DNA of 64,000 nt from an uncultured Anaerolineae bacterium (GTDB taxonomy: Bacteria; Chloroflexota; Anaerolineae; Aggregatilineales; UBA3940): positions 10,178 to 74,177 of the forward strand of contig CAZRXG010000001.1 of NCBI GenBank assembly GCA_964603985.1, written 5' to 3'. The notes beneath the pieces were generated by a model. The model was given only the letters and a program-made list of their open reading frames with translations, searched no databases and had not been told where the DNA came from. Shown here piece after piece: positions 56,408 through 63,845 of the stretch (position 1 is the stretch's first letter; each line of letters starts with the position of its first letter). A program made the translations under genes and the position numbers.

Positions 56408-57785
56408 AGAATGTGTTGTAGAAGTACTCTGTTTCCGTTGCGCAGTCCAGCTCAACTAGGTCTGGATAAAGACGCTGTGCCATCCAGATGATACCTAAAA
56501 CCGAGTCGGGTGCGGGGGTATCCCAGGGCGCAACCAGCTTAGGCATCCGGTATACGCGTCCGGCCTGCACGGCATCCAGGATTTGCCATTCTGGGCTTTC
56601 GGTAATGGCTTCGACGCTGGCTCCACCGTAGGGCGGCACGATGATCACCTCTGGGTTCCAGATCGCTATTTGCTCCAGGTTAACGTCGTTCCAATAGCCG
56701 CTTAGCTCGGCGCTGGCCGAGATGCCGCCAGCCGCCTCGATAATGGCCGTCTGGTACATGTCACCGCTGGCGACCCGCAGCGGCTCGGTGCCGGTGAACA
56801 GCACACGCACACGCTCCTCATCCGAAAGCGCGGCGGTCTGCTCCACGACAGCCTTAAACACGGAATCGTAGTAAGCCACCCATGCCTCAGCCTGCGCGGT
56901 GGTATTGGGACCGAACAACTGACCGGACAGCAACATTGCTTCTTTGAGCCGCTCAGGGGTCTCGGCATCAAACAGGAAAACCGGGATACCCAATTCGGCG
57001 GCCACGTCGATCCACTGCGTTCGGGCACTGGCGGCAATCAAGTCAGTTTCCAGGGCGACTGCCTCCTCGGCGTTGAACTCTTGCTGGGTGAAATGCTCTT
57101 CGCCCATGATCTCCTGATACTGGGGGTCGATGCGCTCCATCGCGGCTGCCCCCGCAGGGTCGCGCGCGCCCAGGTAGCTCGCTGCCACCAGACGATCTCC
57201 TGCCCCAACCCCATATATCAGGAAGGTTGTGGGGCCATGTGCACTGATCACATGCCGTACCGGCTGGGGGACCTCAACGGTGTTGCCCGCCTGGTCAGTC
57301 AACGTGACGACAGCGGGCAGCATACCTTCGTCTATCAAGACCTGCTGCCCGTCAGGTGAGATGGCAAAAGCAGCGAAATCCGCCGCGTCGGTTGAATCAC
57401 TGACGGTTAGCAGTGCCGCTTCCGGCAGGAAGTATACCGGAGAAGCGGAAGAATCGGCGACAGTCCCTTCTGAGGTAGTCGCAACCAGATCGGCGTCGGC
57501 ATCGACAAAGGCCGGCTGCTCGCCATCGAAGAGTGAGGTGTAAAGCGCGGCAACGGCCGGTTGCAGCTCAGGCTCAGCCTGGATGGTAAACCGGGCAGTG
57601 CCGGTTGGCTCAGGTTCTTCGGTAGGTGTGAGGGCCTCTTCTGTGGGGGGTGCTGCCTGCTCCACAGGAGCGGCACTCTCCTCGGTTGATACAGGTTCTT
57701 CGGTCGCCGCCGTTGGTGCACAGGCGGCACCCAGTACTGCGATCAGCAGCAATAAGAGATATCTCAATCTGCGACTGAGCTCCAT
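56355..57785 (-). CDS. Lipoprotein: periplasmic binding protein of the BtuF/FhuD (PBP type 2) class with an extra ~170-aa N-terminal region
   Basis: The ATG at 57785 follows AAGGAGG and gives MELSRRLRYLLLLLIAVLGAAC (lipobox). An acidic T/E/P linker and an extra region (FTIQAEPELQPAVAALYTSLF...) come next. The canonical domain then starts VTLTDQAGNTVEVPQPVRHVISAHGPTTFLIYGVGAGDRLV. Confidence 0.75.
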   Translation of the reverse strand: MELSRRLRYLLLLLIAVLGAACAPTAATEEPVSTEESAAPVEQAAPPTEEALTPTEEPEPTGTARFTIQAEPELQPAVAALYTSLFDGEQPAFVDADADLVATTSEGTVADSSASPVYFLPEAALLTVSDSTDAADFAAFAISPDGQQVLIDEGMLPAVVTLTDQAGNTVEVPQPVRHVISAHGPTTFLIYGVGAGDRLVAASYLGARDPAGAAAMERIDPQYQEIMGEEHFTQQEFNAEEAVALETDLIAASARTQWIDVAAELGIPVFLFDAETPERLKEAMLLSGQLFGPNTTAQAEAWVAYYDSVFKAVVEQTAALSDEERVRVLFTGTEPLRVASGDMYQTAIIEAAGGISASAELSGYWNDVNLEQIAIWNPEVIIVPPYGGASVEAITESPEWQILDAVQAGRVYRMPKLVAPWDTPAPDSVLGIIWMAQRLYPDLVELDCATETEYFYNTFYGYAIQAEEVAALCKIE

Positions 57786-58068
57786 TATGCCTCCTTGGCT
57801 CATTGGGATAGTCTATTTACAACGCACATATTCACATTCAGAATAGTACGCTGTGCCGGGCGGAAAGTCAAGGTTTGGGAACCTTCAGGGCCGTCTACAT
57901 GCACGAATGATACATTTGCCACCTCTGGTTGATTGGTATGTACGGAGGAAAGTGGAGCACCCATGGTGACCGTGCTCAGGGAGAGAGCCGCCGGGGGAGA
58001 AAGTCGTGCCCGGCCTCGAACGCGCTGCAACACTTTAGTGACTCAACTGCATAGTGTCTAAATCTATC

Positions 58069-58095
58069 CTTCACACTTTCTGAACAACTTTTCGT
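58069..58095 (+). promoter_or_regulatory. Recurring motif, site A (CTTCACAC-TTTCTGAAC-AACTTTTCGT)
   Basis: 16/17 identical to site C over CTTCACAnTTTCTGAAC. Identical to site B over TCTGAACAACTTT(T)CGT apart from one missing T. It starts 120 nt upstream of the Yip1 ATG. Confidence 0.35.
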
Positions 58096-58188
58096 TAACC
58101 TAGAGCGGGATCAGGTGCTTATACCCTTCTCTGCCGGGCGACCCGCTTTAAACTCCTGAATGACCGACGCAAATCGGAGTCGAACACT

Positions 58189-59028
58189 ATGCATACACTC
58201 TCAGACCAGTTAGCGGAGCAGGGGACAGAACCAATATCGGTTGGCACCGAAGAGCGTCCCTCCCTCTCGCCCTTGCATGTGTTAAGAGGCACACTCTTTC
58301 GTCCGCGCGCCACCTTCGAGACGATGCGTCACGCCAGGCGAACGCACTGGTGGTTGGTTCTTATCCTCATGCTTGCCGCTACCACGCTGCTTTCATATGC
58401 CACAGTCACAGTGCGAATGAACATGTTCCGGGGGGCTGCGTTCCCGGAAGGCTTCACACCTCCAGACCAGGCTCAGATGCCCGAAGGTGCGGAGGTGCAG
58501 TCCGCCGGGGCGTCAAGCTCAGTGACCTCCATTCTCCTTCCCGCCGCCACAGGAGTAGCGGGGGCGTTCTTCGGCTACCTGATCAGCTCAGTGGTGATTT
58601 TTGGCATGAGCCTCGTGATGGGTGGCAAGGCTGAATTCAAGCAAGTTTTCCCCGTGGCGGTCTGGGCTACCCTGCCGCTGGTGGTGCGCAAATTAGTTCA
58701 CGCCACCGTTACTCTGGTGACCGGCAAGACGATTGTGGCAGGCTTCAGTGGGGTGCTTACAATGGCCGAGGCGGCTTCCGTGCCGTTTCTTTACACCTTG
58801 CTTGGACAGTTCGATGTCTACCTGGTCTGGAGCCTGCTGCTGCTGGGGATTGGGACGGCGGTGACATCGAAGCTGAGCAGGGGCAAGAGCGCCGCTGTGG
58901 TGCTGACCTATCTGGCGGTCGCAGCGGGTCTTTTGCTGGCGTCGAATTGGGCCAACAGCGTCTTAGCGGATCTGTTTGGCACGAATCTGGGCATGCCCGG
59001 AATGATGGGGCCGATGCGCAGGAGATAA
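58189..59028 (+). CDS. Yip1-domain integral membrane protein
   Basis: 279 aa. The cytoplasmic N-terminus has LHVLRGTLFRPRATFETM, followed by five hydrophobic segments. This layout is typical of bacterial YIP1/DUF1282 proteins. Confidence 0.6.
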   Translation: MHTLSDQLAEQGTEPISVGTEERPSLSPLHVLRGTLFRPRATFETMRHARRTHWWLVLILMLAATTLLSYATVTVRMNMFRGAAFPEGFTPPDQAQMPEGAEVQSAGASSSVTSILLPAATGVAGAFFGYLISSVVIFGMSLVMGGKAEFKQVFPVAVWATLPLVVRKLVHATVTLVTGKTIVAGFSGVLTMAEAASVPFLYTLLGQFDVYLVWSLLLLGIGTAVTSKLSRGKSAAVVLTYLAVAAGLLLASNWANSVLADLFGTNLGMPGMMGPMRRR

Positions 59029-59035
59029 GCCCCAC

Positions 59036-59731
59036 ATGGCCTTAATTGCAATCAGCGGGCTGAGACGCTACTACCTGATGGGAAACACGATTGTAAAAGC
59101 CATCGATGGCGTTGATCTGACCATCGACGAAGGTGAGTTCCTGTGTTTGATGGGCCCCAGTGGGTCGGGCAAAAGCACACTGCTTAACCTGTTGGGCGGA
59201 TTGGACAGCCCTGACGAGGGAAGTATTGCCGTTGGCGGTCGGGAGATAACCAAACTGGATGAAAATGGCCTGGCAGCTTATCGCCAGAAGCAGATCGGAT
59301 TTGTCTTCCAGTCGTACAACCTGATCCCGACCATGACGGCTCTTCAGAACGTTGAATACCCCATGATTTTCTCAGGCGTTTCTCGACAGGCCAGGCGGGA
59401 AAGGGCAGTTCGCCTGTTAACCGAGGTGGGGCTTGGGGATCGCCTGGATCACAAGCCCACCGAGATGTCCGGTGGGCAGCAGCAGCGGGTTGCCGTTGCG
59501 CGCAGCATGGTTAACCAACCGATGATTCTGCTCGGCGATGAGCCAACAGGCAATCTTGACACCAGGACGGGCGAGGAGATCCTTAACCTGTTCGCGCGTC
59601 TTAACCAGGGTGGGGAGACCCTCGTAGTAGTCACCCACGACGCGCGGATTGCCAAATACGCGACCCGGACCATCCACATGCTTGATGGGCACATCGTCTC
59701 AGATAACAATCGATCACTTCAGGAGTTATAG
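59036..59731 (+). CDS. ABC transporter ATP-binding protein (MacB/LolD/FtsE-like)
   Basis: GPSGSGKSTLLNLLGGLD, MSGGQQQRVAVARS and LLGDEPTGNLD. Confidence 0.9.
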   Translation: MALIAISGLRRYYLMGNTIVKAIDGVDLTIDEGEFLCLMGPSGSGKSTLLNLLGGLDSPDEGSIAVGGREITKLDENGLAAYRQKQIGFVFQSYNLIPTMTALQNVEYPMIFSGVSRQARRERAVRLLTEVGLGDRLDHKPTEMSGGQQQRVAVARSMVNQPMILLGDEPTGNLDTRTGEEILNLFARLNQGGETLVVVTHDARIAKYATRTIHMLDGHIVSDNNRSLQEL

Positions 59732-59735
59732 CATC

Positions 59736-61457
59736 ATGGATAGACGTGCGCGCATTGCACTCCTCTCACTGATCGTGTTGGCGCTCTGTGTCGTCTCAAC
59801 CGCAAGTTTTCTGATATCTCCACCGGAGGTCTATGCCGGGGTTGCCGCGCAGAATACCTGCCCCAACCCGGGTCTCGGGGCAGTTACGATTACAGGCATC
59901 GACCCTTCCTCGATCTGGAATACGTCGGCCACCACAATAATGGTGTTTGGGACCGGCTTTGACGCCGGGGCGGTCGTGGTTCTGGAAGGCTACAGTGCGT
60001 TGAACACCACGACCGTCGACGCCACCCTGCTCACGGCGGAAGTCCCGGCAGGCATACCGGGGAGTAGAAATGGGAAAAGGTATGATGTCACCGTCTACAA
60101 TCAAACCAATCCGCAGACAGACTGTGACATACTCCCAAATGGTCTGAGGGTATACACCAAATCCACGCCTGGGCCGACAGACACACCTGAGCCGACCGGC
60201 ACGCCTGTGCCCACCGATTTTGTGCGTCCCTCCCTCATCGTTCAGTCGTATGGTGCCAGCTCGACGGTGCTTTCGCCCGGTCAGGACATCGACTTTGAAA
60301 TGACGCTGCAAAACCTGGGACAGGTAAAGGCCACCAATATTATCGTCACGTTTCTCTCGGGTGATCTGATCCCTCGTGTAACCGGGGGGGTTCACTCCAT
60401 ACCCGACCTGTCCCCTCAGCAGTCCTACCGTTTCTTCCAACCTCTGCGGGTGGACAGCAGTCTATGGGACTATGAAGCCATTCTCGAAGTGGAAGCCAGT
60501 TATACAGACCAATATGGTAATGACTACTCCGAAACCTTTGATCTGAGCTTCCCGATTTATCTGGCTGCTTCGACGGCCACACCGACTGCCACGCTCAGTG
60601 TGCGTCCAGACGTGATCATCGAGGCCTATGAAACAGAGCCTGATATGCTGACGGCTGGGAACACCCTCCAGTTGGACCTCGACGTGGTAAACGTCAGTCC
60701 TGAGATGGCCCGTCAGATCATTATCCGGCTTAATCTAACCGACACAAGCCTGGAAACGCTGGCACCTTTGAGCAGCAGCAATGAGCGATACATCGACCAG
60801 CTTGATACAGGGGCCAGGACTCGTGTGACCTACAATCTGGCCGTTAATGGCGATGCAGAGGCCGGGCTGGTGCCCGTCGAGTTTGAAATATCGTATATCG
60901 ACAACTACAACGTGCAGTACACCGAGACAGAGACCATTAGTCTGCGCATTGATACAATCCCGCTTTTCTACATCAGCCTGTTCAATCCAGTCCCAGATGT
61001 CATCAACGTAGGCGACTCCTTCGAGATTCCCATTCAGGTGATCAACATTGGTCAGCACTCGATCAACGTGAATACCGTCGAGGTGATCAGCGATCAACTG
61101 GAAATTACGGATGGCTTGCTCTTTATCGGCGAGCTTGACAGCGGCACATCAGGCTCCCTGGTCGCGCAGGCGAAGGCGTTGGAACCGGGTGCGGCGACGG
61201 TGGAGGTGCATGTCAATTACCTGGATGCTTTCCAGCAGCCCCGAGTGTACATCCAGGACTTAACGTTTGAGGTGCAGGGCGAAACGGCGCAAGAGGCCCA
61301 GGCAGAAGCCGAGGGCATGGGGGGAGCCAACCAGCAGTGGGGGGCAGCCCAGGAAATGACGGTGTGGCAGCGGATCAAGCAGGCATTGTTAGGCTTCTTC
61401 GGCCTGGCCGTGCAGAGCCAGGGCGGCGGTGCTCGCGGCATGATGCCCAGTGGATGA
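59736..61457 (+). CDS. Secreted surface protein with an IPT/TIG-like domain and three CARDB-like domains (COG1361-type), plus a C-terminal hydrophobic tail
   Basis: The ATG at 59736 has AGGAG 10 nt upstream. The signal peptide is MDRRARIALLSLIVLALCVV. ITGIDPSS...IMVFGTGF is IPT-like. The repeated pattern LIVQSYGASSTVLSPGQDIDFEMTLQNLG / VIIEAYETEPDMLTAGNTLQLDLDVVNVS / PDVINVGDSFEIPIQVINIG is CARDB-like. Confidence 0.7.
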   Translation: MDRRARIALLSLIVLALCVVSTASFLISPPEVYAGVAAQNTCPNPGLGAVTITGIDPSSIWNTSATTIMVFGTGFDAGAVVVLEGYSALNTTTVDATLLTAEVPAGIPGSRNGKRYDVTVYNQTNPQTDCDILPNGLRVYTKSTPGPTDTPEPTGTPVPTDFVRPSLIVQSYGASSTVLSPGQDIDFEMTLQNLGQVKATNIIVTFLSGDLIPRVTGGVHSIPDLSPQQSYRFFQPLRVDSSLWDYEAILEVEASYTDQYGNDYSETFDLSFPIYLAASTATPTATLSVRPDVIIEAYETEPDMLTAGNTLQLDLDVVNVSPEMARQIIIRLNLTDTSLETLAPLSSSNERYIDQLDTGARTRVTYNLAVNGDAEAGLVPVEFEISYIDNYNVQYTETETISLRIDTIPLFYISLFNPVPDVINVGDSFEIPIQVINIGQHSINVNTVEVISDQLEITDGLLFIGELDSGTSGSLVAQAKALEPGAATVEVHVNYLDAFQQPRVYIQDLTFEVQGETAQEAQAEAEGMGGANQQWGAAQEMTVWQRIKQALLGFFGLAVQSQGGGARGMMPSG

Positions 61458-61472
61458 GGTGGAAGGCCAGCC

Positions 61473-62804
61473 ATGAACTTTAGAGACCTGATGTCACTGG
61501 TCGTTGCCAATCTAAACCGCATGCGGGGCCGTGTGATCATGACCATGATGGGCGTCGTCATCGGTACGGCAGCGATCGTGATCTTGATCTCGCTGGCATC
61601 AGGGCTACAGGCCAGCACAGTGGAAAACTTCGAGCAGTTTGGCACCCTGAACCAGATCACCGTCTTTTCCGGTTCGCGCTTTGGAGGGGACTCGTCTGAG
61701 GAGGGCCTCACACCGGCGGTAATCAATGAACTCGAGGAGATCGACGGCGTCGTCGCGGTGACCCCCGAGGAGCAGTTCAGCGGCCAAGCCACGCTGAAGT
61801 ACAACCGGCTGGAGGGTTTTGCCAGCATATATGGCATTGACCCCCAGGCGATACCCGACCTTGGCTTCGAGGTGGCAGAAGGTGCTGCGACGCTCGGCTC
61901 CGGCATGGTGATCGTCGGCTCCGGGGTTGGCAGCAGCTTTAGCGAGTCCGGCTCATCTTCGAGGGGAGGCCCCCGCGGACCGGGAGGCGGCTTTTTCGGG
62001 CCGGGAGGCTCGCCCAATTCAGATTCAGACTCCGATACGGAGACGCTTGACTTATACGGCCAGACGCTCCAGTTAGAAATGAGACGAATGAATGAGAACG
62101 AACAGGAGACACGCACCATACGCCTGTTTGTGGCCGGGGTGCTGGAGTCTACAGGCGGTAACCAGGATTACAGTGTCTATGTGTCCTTGAAGGACCTGGA
62201 AGGTATGTTGGCATGGGCACAGGACGAACGTCCGAACTGGCTCCAGGATGGCTACTCGCAGGTGATCGTGATTGCCGAGCAGGACGCAGAGACAACGCTT
62301 GAGGTCACGGAGGAGATAACCGACCGGGGGTATTTCACCATGTCAACCACGTCGGTTGTCGAAAGCCTGAACAGCACCTATCTGCTGATCGAGGCCGTGC
62401 TGGGCGGGGTGGCTTCCATTGCGTTGTTCGTGGCAGCAATCGGGATCGCCAACACCATGATTATGTCGGTATTGGAGCGCACCCGCGAAATTGGCCTGAT
62501 GAAGGCGGTGGGCGCACGTAATCGGGACGTGATGGCCGTGTTCATCACAGAGGCAGGTGTCATCGGTCTGATGGGCGGGGTCGTGGGCGTTGTAATCGGC
62601 ATAGCAATTGCACAGCTTATTGGTGCTATTGCAGGCAGCGCGATGGCAACTCAGGGCACCGAAGCAACCACCGTTGTTTCCACGCCGCTGTGGCTTCCTG
62701 TTTTTGCCATCATCTTTTCGGTGGTGATCGGACTGGGAGCCGGCATCTACCCGGCTTTCCGGGCTGTACAACTGGACCCGGTGCAAGCACTGAAATACGA
62801 GTGA
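61473..62804 (+). CDS. MacB/FtsX-type ABC transporter permease with a Gly/Ser/Asp-rich insertion in the extracytoplasmic domain
   Basis: The N-terminus is MNFRDLMSLVVANLNRMRGRVIMTMMGVVIGTAAIV. The C-terminal FtsX domain includes REIGLMKAVGARNRDVMAVFITEAGVIGLMGG. The insertion reads SSSRGGPRGPGGGFFGPGGSPNSDSDSDTE. Confidence 0.85.
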   Translation: MNFRDLMSLVVANLNRMRGRVIMTMMGVVIGTAAIVILISLASGLQASTVENFEQFGTLNQITVFSGSRFGGDSSEEGLTPAVINELEEIDGVVAVTPEEQFSGQATLKYNRLEGFASIYGIDPQAIPDLGFEVAEGAATLGSGMVIVGSGVGSSFSESGSSSRGGPRGPGGGFFGPGGSPNSDSDSDTETLDLYGQTLQLEMRRMNENEQETRTIRLFVAGVLESTGGNQDYSVYVSLKDLEGMLAWAQDERPNWLQDGYSQVIVIAEQDAETTLEVTEEITDRGYFTMSTTSVVESLNSTYLLIEAVLGGVASIALFVAAIGIANTMIMSVLERTREIGLMKAVGARNRDVMAVFITEAGVIGLMGGVVGVVIGIAIAQLIGAIAGSAMATQGTEATTVVSTPLWLPVFAIIFSVVIGLGAGIYPAFRAVQLDPVQALKYE

Positions 62805-62808
62805 AACC

Positions 62809-63522
62809 ATGAGGATCAAAAAAGTGAAAGGAATGAATATGCGTACGAAATGTTTCGCTTTGTTTATCACCTCGATCATGCTGATTGGCATGCTGGCGGG
62901 CTGTACCTCGAAACAGGCGGGGACTGCACCCCCTGAGGGCGATGCAGCCGCACAACAAGAAGCCGCACAGCAAGCTGAACCAGCAAGCCCTGGCACTCCC
63001 CCTGCTGGCGGTGGTGGGCCTGGCTTTCCTGCCAATGACACATTTATGAGCGTCAACCAACTGGCCCTGGGCACACTGTACTTGCAGGGGACGGAGCACC
63101 CCATCATGGCGGATCAGGCATCGGTGCTGCTGCCCCTCTGGGAGCAGTTGAACACACTGTGGGAGGGCGAAGATGTAGATCAGGCGCAGATCGAGGACGT
63201 GCTGTCTCAGATCAATGGCGCGATGACGACAGAGCAGACAACCTTGCTCTCAGACCTTTCCTGGGAAGACCTGGCCGCCTGGGCGCAGGATGAGGGGTAC
63301 ATGGCCGGCTTCAGGGGCGGCCAACCAGGCGAAGGTGGGGGTGGGCCTCCTCAGATGAGCGAGGAAGAGCTTGCAACGGCACAGGCGGCTCGCGCTCAGG
63401 GCACACCTCCCGAAGGAGCACGGGGGGAGGGCGGGCCCCCCGAAGGAGGACCGGGGCAACGTCCTGGAATAGCCACAATTGACGCGGTTATTACAATGCT
63501 TGAAGGCATTGTCAACGGCTAA
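62809..63522 (+). CDS. Hypothetical lipoprotein with low-complexity G/P/E/Q regions
   Basis: Signal plus lipobox: FALFITSIMLIGMLAGC. The likely start is the ATG at 62839 (AGGA 7 nt upstream) rather than 62809. A helical core has an LTxxQ-like MTTEQ. Confidence 0.6.
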   Translation: MRIKKVKGMNMRTKCFALFITSIMLIGMLAGCTSKQAGTAPPEGDAAAQQEAAQQAEPASPGTPPAGGGGPGFPANDTFMSVNQLALGTLYLQGTEHPIMADQASVLLPLWEQLNTLWEGEDVDQAQIEDVLSQINGAMTTEQTTLLSDLSWEDLAAWAQDEGYMAGFRGGQPGEGGGGPPQMSEEELATAQAARAQGTPPEGARGEGGPPEGGPGQRPGIATIDAVITMLEGIVNG

Positions 63523-63551
63523 TCCTGCGTCATCAGCATGCGCCGGGCCGG

Positions 63552-63573
63552 GGGAGTCTCAACTCCCGTTTTT
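63552..63573 (+). terminator. Intrinsic terminator of the Yip1-ABC cluster
   Basis: GGGAGT (63552-63557), loop CTCA, ACTCCC (63562-63567), then GTTTTT. Confidence 0.65.
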
Positions 63574-63589
63574 ACAAATCTCAAATCAA

Positions 63590-63617
63590 TTCTACAGAAT
63601 GTCTGAACAACTTTCGT
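63590..63617 (+). promoter_or_regulatory. Recurring motif, site B (TTCTACAGAATG-TCTGAACAACTTTCGT)
   Basis: It shares TCTGAACAACTTT(T)CGT with site A (58079-58095). It starts about 100 nt upstream of a strong terminator hairpin. Confidence 0.3.
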
Positions 63618-63692
63618 GTATGGTCAGGATAGCTACGTTCAACCGGCGTGTTGGTCCTTCTGAGCGACAAGGAGGGAACGTATACGAAAGAC

Positions 63693-63726
63693 GGAGGGGA
63701 AGATGTTCTTATCTTCCCCTCCTTTT
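63693..63726 (+). terminator. Strong orphan intrinsic terminator/attenuator hairpin
   Basis: GGAGGGGAAGAT (63693-63704), loop GTTCTT, ATCTTCCCCTCC (63711-63722), then TTTT. This is a 12-bp perfect stem, and no annotated CDS ends just upstream. Confidence 0.65.
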
Positions 63727-63789
63727 GTGGGCAGGCGAGAACCCCCGGCGGGCTGCTCGGCGTGGATCTAAAAAACATCTCAATCATCT

Positions 63790-63806
63790 CTTCACAATTT
63801 CTGAAC
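63790..63806 (+). promoter_or_regulatory. Recurring motif, site C (CTTCACAA-TTTCTGAAC)
   Basis: 16/17 identical to site A. It ends 40 nt upstream of the putative response-regulator ATG. Confidence 0.3.
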
Positions 63807-63845
63807 CGTTATCTTGTATTTTCTGGACAGTGAAGGTCGACCAAC

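Noticed and set aside
58077-58100. Interpreting TGAAC...CGT in the recurring motif as an ECF-sigma promoter (GAAC-N16/17-CGT).
   Set aside because: The spacing between GAAC and CGT is only about 7-8 nt at sites A and B, far from the 16-17 nt expected.
57804-58120. A cobalamin riboswitch upstream of the BtuF/FecB-like operon.
   Set aside because: I could not find the B12 box or the conserved GGTG...CCCGCCACTG core on either strand by eye. I keep it only as an unexplained long leader. An Infernal scan would be decisive.
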